DNA of 64,000 nucleotides from Chrysomallon squamiferum (taxonomy: Eukaryota > Animalia > Mollusca), in contig CM022675.1 of the NCBI GenBank assembly GCA_012295275.1, positions 16,988,001 through 17,052,000 on the forward strand, written 5' to 3'. The number at the start of each line of letters is the position of its first letter. Position 1 is the stretch's first letter. Below, piece after piece: positions 1-13,888 of the stretch. Under the pieces are notes generated by a model. The model saw only the letters and a program-made list of their open reading frames with translations, searched no databases and was not told the DNA's origin. The position numbers and the translations under genes were made by a program.

Positions 1-991
1 AAATCCAATCTTCAAACTGCTCAAGCTTAAAGCAGTGATACAATGTGAAAATAATATCAATTATAAAATAATCCTAGGATGTTATCCAAACTAAATCCAT
101 CATCAAAATGTCTGACTACTTAGTGTACTATATTAGTTTTTTTAAACCAGTGGTAATTAAAACATTAATACATTCATATACCGAAATACTGAAATAGGTA
201 CTGTCACCTTGGGAAAAAAATATTTGTTCTTTCCTGTGAAAACTCATACACACAAAATTGTTTTTATCTTGATTCAAAGAAAAGGTATGGCTGATGACGT
301 TCTCCAGTTCTTCAGTAAAAACCAGTTTTTTCCCTGGATTCACCATATATTCACTCAGATCAGATTACGTGCTCTTAAGCCCATAAATGTGATGCATTTT
401 CTCTCAGTATTTTAAACTATAGTAAAATGCATATTTGTAATCAGAATTGTATAATTCAAACAGAATTTTGTTTAGAATGACAAGAGATGTTACAAGACAT
501 ATTGCAAACCACAAACATGGTAGGCTAGGTTGACTGGTTTGGGGAGTAAATAACCGAGCTCACCTGCATGGCAAGATATGGTTCGGTTCATCAGCCTATT
601 CTAACGGTGCAGACTGCTTATAAAGCTAATTATATTTCAGTTTGTATTTCTCAAGAGAATTATCATGCAATTTCCATTTGTTGTTAACATATACTACTTT
701 ATCAGGTCCTCATCAAAATGTTTTTTCAATTCGTTTCCTATAGTTTTAATTATTTTTTATTTTTTTTATCATAAGAAAAGTCTTTATGAAAACAGATATA
801 ATTATTCACTAGAATAAATGTAGATTAAAAACAATTTAATGTTAAAGTCAAATACAATCTGGTCTCAAAATCAGCAACACGGCAATCACAAATTATCTCC
901 CTTAAAATCATTAACACCTTCTATACAAAAAATACGATTTATTTTCTAACATCTGGAGCTCATTTTTTTATTATTAATGTCCCATATATCG

Positions 992-1030
<39 letters not shown>

Positions 1031-1961
1031 TTCAAGGTACGTCTCATAATAAACGTTCATAGTTCGTAGTTTCCTCTACAACCATTGCAACCACTTTCGT
1101 CTTTCATGAGCTCAGCGATTATCATCCTTATGTCAGAGTTTTCCTCCATTTAAGAAAGCAAACAACCTTTTGACTGGAAATTCAAGCTCTTTGAGATGAG
1201 CTTATTTTTAGCCTTCTTATGCGAATTTGGAAACGACCAGACGGCAGAAACGACAGCATGTTTGTGTGTAAAATTGCATTATTCTTTCAGAAATAAAATT
1301 AAATTACATTAAATTAAATTTAAACTAATAATAATAATAACAATAATAATAAATAAATAAATATGTATATCTATATCTATATCTATCTATCTATCTATCT
1401 ATATAAATAGATAGATAGATAGATAGACAGATATATAATAAAAATAAAATATTTCATCAATACAAAAATATGCAGTGCATTGGAAAGAAGAAATGCTATT
1501 TATTGTTTTACACATTACATGCTCCTTTGAACAATGATGTATCTGTTTCGAGCTCAGGAAAGATAATTTTCAACAGATTCCGCCTTTGAGGGCAGCAGCG
1601 CAGTGGGAGCGCCAGTACCAAGATGAACGCCTCTGTTGAAAGTATATGCTGTGTACGTAAATGCACTGAAAAGGTATATTCATTATCCTTGAAATAGGAC
1701 ATATACCAAACTCACTGAAATAGTTATCTATTTATTCAGTGTATACTTTCACTAATGCATTCATATTTTGAAATAGTTCATATTTATATGTATTGTGTAC
1801 ATATTCATTATAACAGTGAATTCATTCAGCAGCGTATTTTTTTTCACTGAATTAATATACTGATTTATTAAGTATGCATCTGTTCATTCAAACAAGTTAT
1901 TCATTAAAAGTGTTTGGTTTTTTTAAAAATTGAAAACTTGTATGCAGAAATGGTGTATTCT

Positions 1962-2020
<59 letters not shown>

Positions 2021-2556
2021 CTGTGTTATTATTATACAGAAAATTGGTAGTTTCGGTTATTTTGTGTTTGAAATATATTTTATAATCCATCAGATGGTTA
2101 ATAATAAAAATAAAATCTAATAAAACAAACAAAATATTATTATTTAAATTTTGTGACACCTCTTCTAAACATATGTCCAAGGTTTGTCTCTTTGTTCCAG
2201 TGTGACGTAATAATTCACAAACGTAAAATACAATATTTGCAGGCGAGTTATCGTTTGGTTATTTCCGTTAGAAGTGACGTAAGTTACTGGAATAAATTAT
2301 TACACAGTTTTCTGAATTTTCTACAAATGTTTTATTCATAAACAAATTCAGTTCATTACATTTTTCACATTGTTTCACATTTTTCATATTGCTTTAATAC
2401 AAATATTACAAATTCATTCAATGTGAGAATTTAAATTATTTTAGCTTGATACTAGCTTGTCATAATTAAAGTATATTGTGCATCAAGTCAATTCATTTTG
2501 TAGCTATGAAATGAAATTATTCTGATTTTATTCATATTCATATCACTCGATAGAGC

Positions 2557-2602
<46 letters not shown>

Positions 2603-3022
2603 GACCTTTGAAATGGTACCCATGATGTTTATGACTGGTCAGTTACTGTAAGTTACGATTTTGTATTTGATCAAAAATCGGGTGTATTTTTTAACTCACA
2701 TATGTAGGTATACCAGAATGAGTCCCTGACGTCAAGCCACTTTCGATTAAAAACACTGTGACAACTTATTTCTGTCTTTCGCATCAGTGATTATCTTTGC
2801 GCTGTACTTAATAACGGGCCGAAGTTTTAAAAACGCATAAAGGCGTGACGTGGTTCGCATATTGATGAACATTTTGAAAACGCATTCCACAAAGATCAGC
2901 ACACTGCAATGTCACTAGTAATTTTGTTATATATGTGTGTATTTTAGACAGTCTGTATATTATACTATTAAGTAAAATTTTATAAATTACTATTATTTAT
3001 TTTTTTATTGTCATGCTTAAGC

Positions 3023-3089
<67 letters not shown>

Positions 3090-3103
3090 TGCCGTTATTT
3101 TCA

Positions 3104-3138
<35 letters not shown>

Positions 3139-3693
3139 CATTATTATTACTTTTATTTTATTTTTTTCCTAAGATGATGTGAAGATTTTAATCAGCAATA
3201 TTATAACTGAAATGAAGTGCATGGCATACCTTTTTATTTTTTTAATTTCATTCCAAGAAGGTAATAAGCAATTATATTTTAGTATCACATTACACTGAAA
3301 TATCAGATAGACAACCTGTGGAAAATTGACGTAAACTCTATAGTGATTTGAAAGAGTATAATTGAAACAAAATAATATTTCAGAATATTTTTTTCGGTAA
3401 AAACAAATTAAAACACACAAATTCACACACAGACACATTTATTTGAAGTGATAAACAAATAAGTAGAGTAAACTGTTGTTATATACATATATAAACTTAA
3501 ACTAAAACAGGCAACTTTATATTATCTAAAAATACTTAATAGTTAAATTAGTTTAAAAGTCTAAATAAATAAATAATGTTATTTCAGTATAAATATATAA
3601 TTTCTAGATTATTATTAGTATTTTTATTTTTTATTTTGGTGTTTTAATTTGAATATAAATGTGAAATAATATATAAACTTTTAATTTTTTTAA

Positions 3694-6600
3694 ATGGATG
3701 AAGATTCCGCAGTCTCTGATTTGGATGTTTTTGCGATTGATGACACTGAAAATACTGATGAAGATGTTAAAGCTGAATGCACTGAAAAATCTTATGTACA
3801 TCATGATGTATGCTTCAGTAAGTCATTGCTCTTCACAGTTCCAAACTTTTGTGTAAAGATTCGTTGAGAGATTAGCTGTTTGGAAATAAGATATACCGTA
3901 CAATGAGACATTCACAGAAACAATCACACCAGTGATACTAGAGAAGTAATCCATCAAATATGTGGCCAGAAAGACACCCAAGAGTCACTGGCAGTCCAAC
4001 AAAAAAGAAAGAGCTAGACAAATTCCTTATTTTCTGTTATATTTTTTATTATTATACAGTTTCAAAACATTTATAATAACAACAACTGACAGCTGTCTGT
4101 GTTTTAGTGATGATAATATCAAACTGTTGCTTGCTGCACCATGTTTTGTCTCTGTAGTCACTACAGATGTAGGTCTGTATTGTGACATTAGATGTCTCAT
4201 GCTGATGTGATTTTCTTGTCTTTTTTAGTGTTATACAACTTTATGTTAGTGTCAGCAGAATTATTGTATAGAGAAAACTTAGTGTACAGATTAATGTCAC
4301 TGATATAATATAATATTTAAAAAAAAAAATTGATGTATATACAGTATTAAGTCATCAACAGTTTAATTCCCTTGACATAATATTAGTTATATCAAAGAAA
4401 TTAAACTGTTGAGGAAGATTTATATATTTTTAGAAACACATAAACACATATATGTATACACAATGATAGATACATAGATAGATAAATAATGTCATATATC
4501 AAAGGGATTAATTGATAGAAAACATTTTATAAGTAGGTTATTGCATATGAATGTTTATGTATACTGGTTACAGTCATTTGTAAAGAACATTTTATCATTA
4601 GATTATACATTAATAAAATGATTAAAACATGAGTAGTTTTATTTATAGATATAATTGCATTTTCAGATAAAACAAGCTGTCCATTAAATATTAGACCTCC
4701 TGGTTACTGTGGCAATGATCCCCACTGCTTGGTTACTATGATAGGTGCTTCCTGTTTATGTTGTGATGGATATGAAGAAGGAGACAGTTCATGCATAAAA
4801 ATTGGTTCCACAGGTAATGTTAATATTGTTATATCATATCAATTCAAATTTCCACTAACAATGTCCTATATACTGAATAATGTTTTTATTTGTACTGTAA
4901 CCTACCTGTTAGTAGGATAAATTAATGATTTATTTCTTATTAAATTTTGTTTTTGTTTATTTAACTCTTAATATATGATTATAATTATTAGTAGTAGTAT
5001 CTCTATTTTCTTTCTTTTTTTTTTTTTTTTTTGATGTAGGAATCTTTTATCTTTACTTTAGTCAATTAATTATGGGAATATTAGTTTATTATTATTTTTA
5101 TTAGATACAAAACTTGGTAACTAATTGTTGTGGTTTATATGTAGTGCAGATTCAGTTCAGCAATCTGTTGGTTTGAAAAAAAAAAATGAATTAGTATTTA
5201 TTTTTTTTTGTGTTGTTGTGGTTTTTGTTTATTTATTTGTTTATTTAGTATAAAAATTAAAGTTGCTTATCCTGAAGTGATAATGTTGTTAACTAAAATA
5301 TTGCTGTTTTAGAGGTTTACACTGAAAGAATAGAGAATGGAACTTGCTGTTATTTCTTTGGTAAAGAAAAAAAGTATAAAGAGGTTGGTAACATCACTTA
5401 AAAAACATTACAATAGCAATATATTTAAATTTAATTTTTAATGTTACCAAAACCATAAACAAAGAGTAGTTTATAATAATTTTATAAAAAAAAATTAAAT
5501 TTTCCTTATTTTTTCTTTCTTTTTTCGTTTTTATTTTTTATTTTTTTTTTATTACAATTGTTTTTATAATTACTATTTTGTTTCTTTTTTTATTTTAACT
5601 TTTTCCATTTTTTGTTTTTCTCTTGTTTTTTGTTCTTTTTTTTGTTCCATGATCTTTACAGATACTTTGGTTTACAAAAGCTAAATATTTATTTTAAATT
5701 TTAATTTTGTCAAAACTTAGATGTAATATGGCTAGCAGTAGTTACATATTTATTTTAATTTTGACCTGTATCTTGCAAATTTGTTTAATATTCATAATAA
5801 TGATTCTTTATAATATATTGATACATGTCTTCTTTCTTTCACATTGTTTTAATTTTACAGGGAATTTGTGACAAGAATGGAATTAAGTTTAATTCTCTAC
5901 AAGAACTGTTTATCTACAACTGTAAAAAGACGGGTTATACTGGCCCTGTAGAAGAAATTGTGGATCTGAGTTGTGACAGTAATGTATCTTCCTAAAAACA
6001 TTTTCCTGTCATAAAAATTGCAAAGTGTTTATTGGCATTGTGAATTCATGTAAATAAGTAAGCTTTTTTTTAAGAATGCATATAATACATGTAATCTACA
6101 GTTATTTGGCATCATGTGTATGTTTAGACACCACCAAAAAGAAGAGTCAGGAAACTGCAGTGACCAAGCAGTGGTTTACTCTTTCTCAACTAAAAGAGAT
6201 ATTAATATGCCACAGCTGTGATAAATCAGTCATGCAGTTTTACATTTACTGAAACAATATGAAGAGTTGCAAGAACAAAAGACTCCCAGCCAGTGATATA
6301 ACAGTTGCTACTAATCTGTAAGAAAGTTTAAGGAGTGACAAATGCGGTTTTACTCTTTCACATAACTTATATTTGACAGTTAATACTAATCCATATTGAG
6401 ATATTGTGAAACAGTTTTTTTCCTTATAGTCTTTTTGACAATTTAATTAGTCTAGTTGGACTATTTCCATGACTCTTGGTTAGACAAAGTTGGTAAGTTC
6501 GACTTTATTTTTGAACTTATACAATTCAAACTACTATGAGATTAGCTCTTGTTGTCAGTGTTTATTATTAACTCAAAGTTTATGTCTTGCAGGTTCCTTT

Positions 6601-7729
6601 GACAGTTATTAATACTGATTTATCTTTACAATTGCAAAGAAGATATTTACCCAGAGCCAAAAGAAAATTTACTATAGCTTTAAATCACTCAAGTTGAAAA
6701 ACAACAATAGATTTATGCATTGAGTAAAGTGTTTTGAAAAGAATAACTGAAGTTCAACAGATTAAAAGTGTATATGACCACCCCTTGCTTCAGAACACAC
6801 AAAAGCTCCAACTCATAAAAGGTGTCAGTTGTCTGATGAGGTCACATGGGATATGCAGCCATTCTCTTTTGAGGGCCTGAATCAGTTTTTGGATGGCTGA
6901 GGGTTTGGAAGTTGTCAAATACGATCATCCAGGACATCACAAAGGTATTGGTGTTCTGTTGTAAGCATGCCGTCCAGATCAACACATTAACATTGTTGTT
7001 TCAAGGAAAATGTGTATGATTTGATAGCATATAGCTGCTGTTATGGAAATGGAAAGACAGTCAGATGCAAAATGTCATTGATATAATTAATAATAACCAG
7101 TGGCGTCCTTTCCACTTTGTCTTCTGTCAAAGAGAACTGCCTTTCATCTGTTAAAGCTGCTCTATTCCAGTTACATCACTGCCAGTGTTGTACGTTAGGG
7201 CTATTTCAATCTCAGATGATGTCTTCTGCCCTATGAATGAGTGTCCACTATGTCCTCTATGTCCTCAGTCCTCTAGTCAATGCCTATGATATAAGGCATT
7301 CATCACTGATGACCTCACTGTCAGGAAGCAGTCATACAGATGAAAGATACACAAGTACTTGTCCTCAACCATTTTTATACCCTATTTGCTCTTACAGTTG
7401 TGGTTGTTCATGACAGGTGTTTTTCATATTTGAATGTATTTCCCCAGAACCTGCTGTGGGTGAATATCATTTTCTGCATACACTCTTCTTGCATTTCAGC
7501 AATATGTTTTACACTGATTAAGTTTTATCTTATTTTTCAGTTATTCTGAAATTTCAATTTTACAGAAATTGGGGATAAAGATGAATGTGAAAAACCTTGT
7601 CAAAATTATAGTCACTGTGAGGATGGCAAATGTGAATGTGATGATGGATATCAAATGAAACATGGTATTTGTCACAGTAAGTGACATTTTTATATATATG
7701 TTGTTGTTGTTTTTTTGTGTCTGGGTGTT

Positions 7730-7810
<81 letters not shown>

Positions 7811-9722
7811 GTGTTTATTGCACAGTCAGACTCTCTCTTTCTCAAAATATTTTATTATCCTGCTATCCTCAATAATAAATCTTGTATTAGAATTTTTGTT
7901 TCTTTTTTATAGAATTATGTAATGATGACCAGTGTAAATGTAATGAGGGATATACTCTGAAAGCTGGTGTCTGTTACAGTAAGATTGTTTTCTTTTCTTT
8001 TTCTTTTTTTTATTAATCTGTGTGTGTATATTTACAAAAACTAATCATCATTCTTGCTGTCTCTCAAAATAAAAGACTATTTTTATATATAAATACATTT
8101 TATTATACATCTTTATCAGAAATGAGTACTAGTACTTTTTTATTTTTACATTTAGGGTTATGTCCTGATGCTATATGTAATGATATAAATAGTTACTGTA
8201 AGGATGAAAAATGTATATGCGATGAGGGATACACTATGAAAGATGGTATCTGTTATGGTAAGATTCATACATGCATGTTTATTTATAAAATCTAATTCTC
8301 TCTCACTTTCCATCCTCCTTTTTCAACCATTTCTCTCTTTCACAAATCCTCTGGTAATACTTTAATATCTGTTCCTGCTGATTATGAAGATATTTCATGT
8401 ACACCATCATTGTTGTTACAATCTTCATCTGTTTTGTTTTATTTTCAGATGTTGAAATTTGTTCAGCAACAATGAAGCCACCTGGATACTGTGGCACTAA
8501 TAAATTATGCAAGTTGGAGGAAATGGACAGTCAATGTTTGTGCTGTGCTGGGTACCATGAAAGTAAAGAAAAACATGCCTGTGTGCCAGATGGTTAGCAG
8601 CAACTACCACATCTTATAACTACCCACCCAAAATACACACACATCCAAAAATACACACACATACAATTATACACACAGAAATACATGCATTATACACATA
8701 CAGAACTACACACCAAAACAGGTACGTATACAAACACAAAAATACATACATATACATACATACACAACTAAACACACAAAAATAGACACATATGCACACA
8801 CAACAACAAATGGCCACACACTGACAAAAATACACACAGTGTATGCACATAAAAACATATTACTACAAATAAAGATAGAGAGTATAATGTTTTATAAAAC
8901 AAACACCATAGAAAACAAATTCAACAAGATACAACTCTGAAGATTAAAAGAAACTATTCATGTTCACAGACATGGTACAAACTGAAACATAAAATAAGTT
9001 CACTAATATACAACACACTATTAAAAATATAAAATCACACAAAGTAATGTTTAAAAGAACAAAAAATTAAGAATGCACTAAATCATACATATCTCACTAT
9101 TTTGCATACATACAAATAACATAAGTTCAGCATATATGATGAACGTAAAATCTAATTTATAACATTAAATACAGGAAAAAGTTAAATACATACATTTATT
9201 TAACACAAAATTTAAATTTGCATTACAAGACTAACCAGATGTTTTAACTCTTGAATACAGTGTCAGTTTGAAAATAAATGACCAAATCTTTATTACTCAT
9301 TTCAGGAACTAAATTTAGTTATGTAGGTAAGAGATAACAAATATCTATTTAAGTTTATGGTTGAAAGTATAATGAAATATAAAGCATATAATTTAATATT
9401 ATTTTTAGTTATAAATTACAAAATAAAACATTTTAAATATAAGTTTTGGAAATCTGTTCTTTTTATTCATATGTTATTGTTATCATTACCATTTTGTTGT
9501 TGTTGTAATTATATTTATTGTTACTGTTATTATTTTGTTGTTGTGGTAATTATATTTATTCTTATTTTTAATCTTCTAGGAAACAAAACATTATGCTGTT
9601 CTTTCATGGAAGATCATATTTTGCATGTGTATCAAGATTATATGGTGAATAATAATTTTCATTTTGTTATTATTTCTTCATTTTCTTTTGGATTTTGTAA
9701 CTATATAGAGCACATGCCTTAA

Positions 9723-9770
<48 letters not shown>

Positions 9771-10876
9771 TATATGTGTGCCTATGAAAAGATATTATTT
9801 GGAATAGAAAATGTAAATATGGGTATGATGAAACAAAAGAACTGTTAAACTATGATAAGATCATGCTTCTATATCAACCTGTTGTTATGTGTATCTTTAA
9901 AAATACAAATTAATGTGAAAAAAAACAAATTAGAAAAATAAATGTTGAGACTGAAATTTATTTTATGAAACAGTTTACAATCACATTATTTATGTTTATT
10001 TAGTCATATGAATAAATGTCAAATGTAAAAAAGAAATGTATACTTCCAGGTTATTTATTGTTTTTTGTGACTGCGGTACTCAGGACAATGAGATAATTCT
10101 GAACACTGTCATTTTACCCCTTAGTAACTAGATCTTCACAGAATTAGTTCTGTTTTCCTCACAACACCAAACTTTAAATAAGATTAACCCAGGATTACAT
10201 TACTGATTAAATTACAAGTTAAATAACTTGGAAGTATGCAGAATATAGTTAGATCATTTACTTGTGTAAGTTAAGATTTTCTTTAAGTAGAGATTTTACT
10301 GTGAATGAAAGTTATTGTCTAGCATTCTCATTTAACACAGGTGTGTGCAAACGACCATAAAACTTACCAATCAGTTAAAGACTTGTATTACAGTTATTGT
10401 AAAATAGGCTTTGTTGGATCTACAGCTTCTCTCATTCTTCACTCTGGAGCTTGTGGTAAATCAAACACACACACACATCCAAACAAGCACATATACACAG
10501 ACACATTCAAACAACTCACAAACATATTCAGACATATATACTCAATGTAAACTCAAAAATTAAAATATGGTAACATAAATTTAATAAAATCTTACAATTT
10601 TTGTTTTTGAATGCATAAACGTTTCTGCTTTGAAAATCAGATTAATAACTGTTTGTGTTATTTTGTATTTGTTCTATCTATTTTTATCAGACTAAATGTC
10701 TTCTGTTTGTTGTTAGTATTTGTACAACTGATTATTTAGACACATAAACTAGCAGTTGTAAATTGGTGCCTCATATAGTTGCACTGATTCAGATCTGCAG
10801 TTGTTATGTTTTATTCTTTGTAGAATGCCCACAGGACCCAATTTCTATTTTGGGCAGAAACACAAGAACTGTTTAA
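3694..10876 (+). CDS. Multi-exon cysteine-rich protein (~371 aa): EGF/EB-like modules plus two atypical Kazal-like domains
   Basis: Phase-compatible GT-AG exons: 3694-3817, 4667-4813, 5313-5383, 5861-5978, 7566-7676, 7913-7978, 8156-8257, 8449-8592, 9580-9644, 10341-10455, 10824-10876 (TAA). The translation includes CPLNIRPPGYCGNDPHCLVTMIGASCLCCDGYEEGDSSC; CCYFFGKEKKYKE/GICDKNGIKFNSLQELFIYNCKK..C; CEKPCQNYSHCEDGKCECDDGYQMKHGIC; CPDAICNDINSYCKDEKCICDEGYTMKDGIC; CSATMKPPGYCGTNKLC..CLCCAGY..C; CCSF../VCANDHKTYQSVKDLYYSYCK..GAC. The start and the last exon are less certain than the internal exons. Confidence 0.8.
6765..7370 (-). mobile_element. Degenerate Tc1/mariner transposase relic in an intron
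   Basis: Minus-strand translation gives QHWQ*CNWNRAALTDERQFSL (WxxVxFSDESRF-like), GRTPLV, and LIQALKREWLHIPCDLIRQL...EARGGHIHF* (Tc1 C-terminus), interrupted by stops and frameshifts. No TIRs were recognised. Confidence 0.7.
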
Positions 10877-11139
10877 CAACACCATATGGACATTAGAATA
10901 GCTTAATACTAGTAAACATGTGTACATAGTGCCTGGAATAAATAAGTTAAATATTGCAGATATTAAATTTTGTGCTGGTGTTCAAACAGACTAAATTATG
11001 TTCAATAACAGAGCTACACAGGAATGTTTAATTTCATTATTTTGTTTTATCTTCTTTTTTTTTTCTTTTTTTTTAAAAATCATCTCTATAATTTGTAATA
11101 TTTCTGATATTTAATACTATTAATATTTTTTATTTTCAG

Positions 11140-12223
11140 GAAAAACCAGTTTAGGTATTTGTTTACTTATATAAATGTATGAATGTTAACAATAATTTTT
11201 CACATCTAAATGCATGCTGCAACCTCTATTGAGTTTCTGAGAAATAATGGGAGCTACACACATCTCCTTTCTCTCACTGTCACTAAGAACTATCAGTCAG
11301 TGTCTTAGATAGTCCTTTATACTCTTGCATTTCTTTAACCTCTAACAAACAGTTAAACACTATGCCAGATAGATATCTTAGATGTGTGATAAAGTCAGAG
11401 TGGTAGAACTTTAATTGAAAATAAAAGTAAAAATGAAATAATTAACTTTGTTGTTAAATTCTTTTAAGTCTAGTATTCTATTTTGACATTGTAAAATTTT
11501 AGATGTGAAATAGGTAAATATTAATACTGTTCTTGATAATCTTTGTTTATTTTACAGCAAAATCCTCTTTGTCTTTACCAGAATGTAAATTCAAGCTGCT
11601 TTTAATGGCCTTGTAAGATTTTAAGATTTCTGTGTGTGTGTCTGGATGTGTCTCTGTGTGTGTGTGTGTGTGTGCAAACACTCATGATTTATTATGGATT
11701 TATCCTGTGTGCATGTGTGTGTGTCCACGGATTGCCAGTGGGGAATTGATTCACAGAGTGCCAAGGATATCTGAAGGTCAAGGTCATAATACTTGTTTAA
11801 AGAAACAAGTCATCACTGTGGTATTCACCATATTTCGTATTTGAACTGGATAAATGAAAATAAAAAATTGGAAAAGGAGGCTGAGATGTGGAAGAAACGG
11901 AATGATATAATAAAGGCCAAATATTCTGAACTGTCTGTTATGAAATCATGTGTAAGACACACATCCAGCAGTTAACGATATGGGATCATTAGAATGCATA
12001 TAATCTATTTAAAGAACAAGCATTTGATTATATTTTGATATTTTTTACTTATTTATTCTAGACAAATGATTTTAAATGTACTTTGAGTTCTTGTTTTCTT
12101 TTTTCTATTAATTAATACTAAAATAATATAATATTTTTTTCTTCTTCTTCAGGTTTACAACGCTTGCCATCAGATACTTCTTTGAAAACCAATAAGAAGA
12201 AATTTTGGAAATGTTTATGCTGA
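11140..12223 (+). other. Candidate alternative 3' exons of the Cys-rich gene (11140-11154, 11558-11584, 12153-12223)
   Basis: Each has a pyrimidine-tract AG acceptor, and the first two have GT donors. All are phase 1, matching the donor at 10455. Joined, they read GKTSLAKSSLSLPECLQRLPSDTSLKTNKKKFWKCLC*. Confidence 0.4.
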
Positions 12224-12654
12224 CACAGTATACATGTAACAATCATTTTTATAATTTATTCATTCTTCATTCATTGGACTACAATACAGATTGAAACAAA
12301 AACAGTAAAAGTTTACAGTTTATTTTTATTAATTTCCGACAATACAAAATGAAAAGGCAATGGACTTCCGTCTGGCGAACGACCTGATACTGTGTAGAGA
12401 ACATTTTCTTCACTTTTAGGAATTTTTATTTTTTATTTTTTTAAATTTCTTGCCATATGTTTCCTCACATCATTAATATTGCCTAATAACTAAAGAAGAA
12501 CAAATAAAGACAATATATTTATAAATTCGTGTAGTTTTTGTGTTTGGCTTTCGGCTGGATTTGGTTCATGACGTCGAGAATTATCTCCCTTGATTTCTAT
12601 TTCCTCACTTCAATAGTCCCATAGCCAATATTTTGTATCTTGGAATTCTTTGTT

Positions 12655-12746
12655 CTATTCTGAAAACGAGAGAAGGATATATATATATATATTACAAAAT
12701 GGCTTTTAAAGAACAATAAATTAAAACTTCATTCAGATCCAATTTT

Positions 12747-12840
<94 letters not shown>

Positions 12841-13117
12841 CTATTTAATCAATCTTCTGTAATCTGGGAATATAAAAATTTATAATACTTTTCGCGTATT
12901 TATGAATAATTATATAATAACAAATGAAAATTAATAATTTCGGAATAAATATAAGTAAGTCAGAAATATAAAAATTTGATTTCGTTCTGTTTAATGTTAC
13001 AGGCAATGTATAATATAAATATAAAATTATATAAAAAAAAACACAAAATAATCTAAAGAATCAATTAAACATTAAGAAATAACTCAATATATATATGGTT
13101 CAAAGTTCCTTCATTTT

Positions 13118-13157
<40 letters not shown>

Positions 13158-13813
13158 AGTATGTGTAAAAATAAGTAATTTTTTAAGTAAATATATAAGA
13201 AAAGCTGCATGTTTGATCATCGTATGTTGTTATTACGTACAGTGACTGCAAGATGTGTGTGTATAAATATAATTTTACAGAAATTTCACAAATTAACGAT
13301 ATAGCGTGCGTGCGTCCCTGTTTATCATTACCATTTTTGTCCGATGATCCGAATATATTTTCACTGACTGATCGTTTATGCACACTTCGGCCGAATCTGT
13401 CAAAAGAAGAATGGAAACTTTACAAACTTTACTAATCCTAAATATATAAAAAATAAAAGATGCATACATGTACATATACATACAATAGGTTAGAATATAC
13501 GTATTCGGTTTACAAATGGGTGAAAAAAACACTAGATTACACTGGTTGCCTGGAATCACTTTGAGATGTTATTTTTAATGGAAGAGCTGAGTAGAAGTAA
13601 TGACAGAACTGAAAGTAATATAGGGATAGTCCTTTTTTCAAGATCTTTAAGTACATTTCTTTTTCTTCTTTTCGCTTGTTATTTAAGTTTTCAGTTTTAG
13701 TTATTTATTATTGTTTTTATTGCTTTTTTTTGTTGTTGTTTTTTTCTAAGTATATGTCAAGAAGGGCTTAGTATATTCCTGTTGTCCTGGATGCTAGTCA
13801 CGGACAGAAAAAA

Positions 13814-13888
<75 letters not shown>

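Noticed and set aside
1-620. Minus-strand ORF 128-346 and exon-like piece ~600-564 as a gene
   Set aside because: It looks coding-like but continues through a frameshift and stops, has no recognisable domain, and no consistent splice model could be built. It may be a decayed element.
1056-1148. Short minus-strand ORF MEENSDIRMIIAELMKDESGCNGCRGNYEL
   Set aside because: Only 30 aa, with no homology I recognise and no convincing donor.
1528-1675. C/D-box snoRNA (ATGATG...CTGA)
   Set aside because: Box C is imperfect, the terminal stem is not adjacent to the boxes, and no rRNA guide was recognised.
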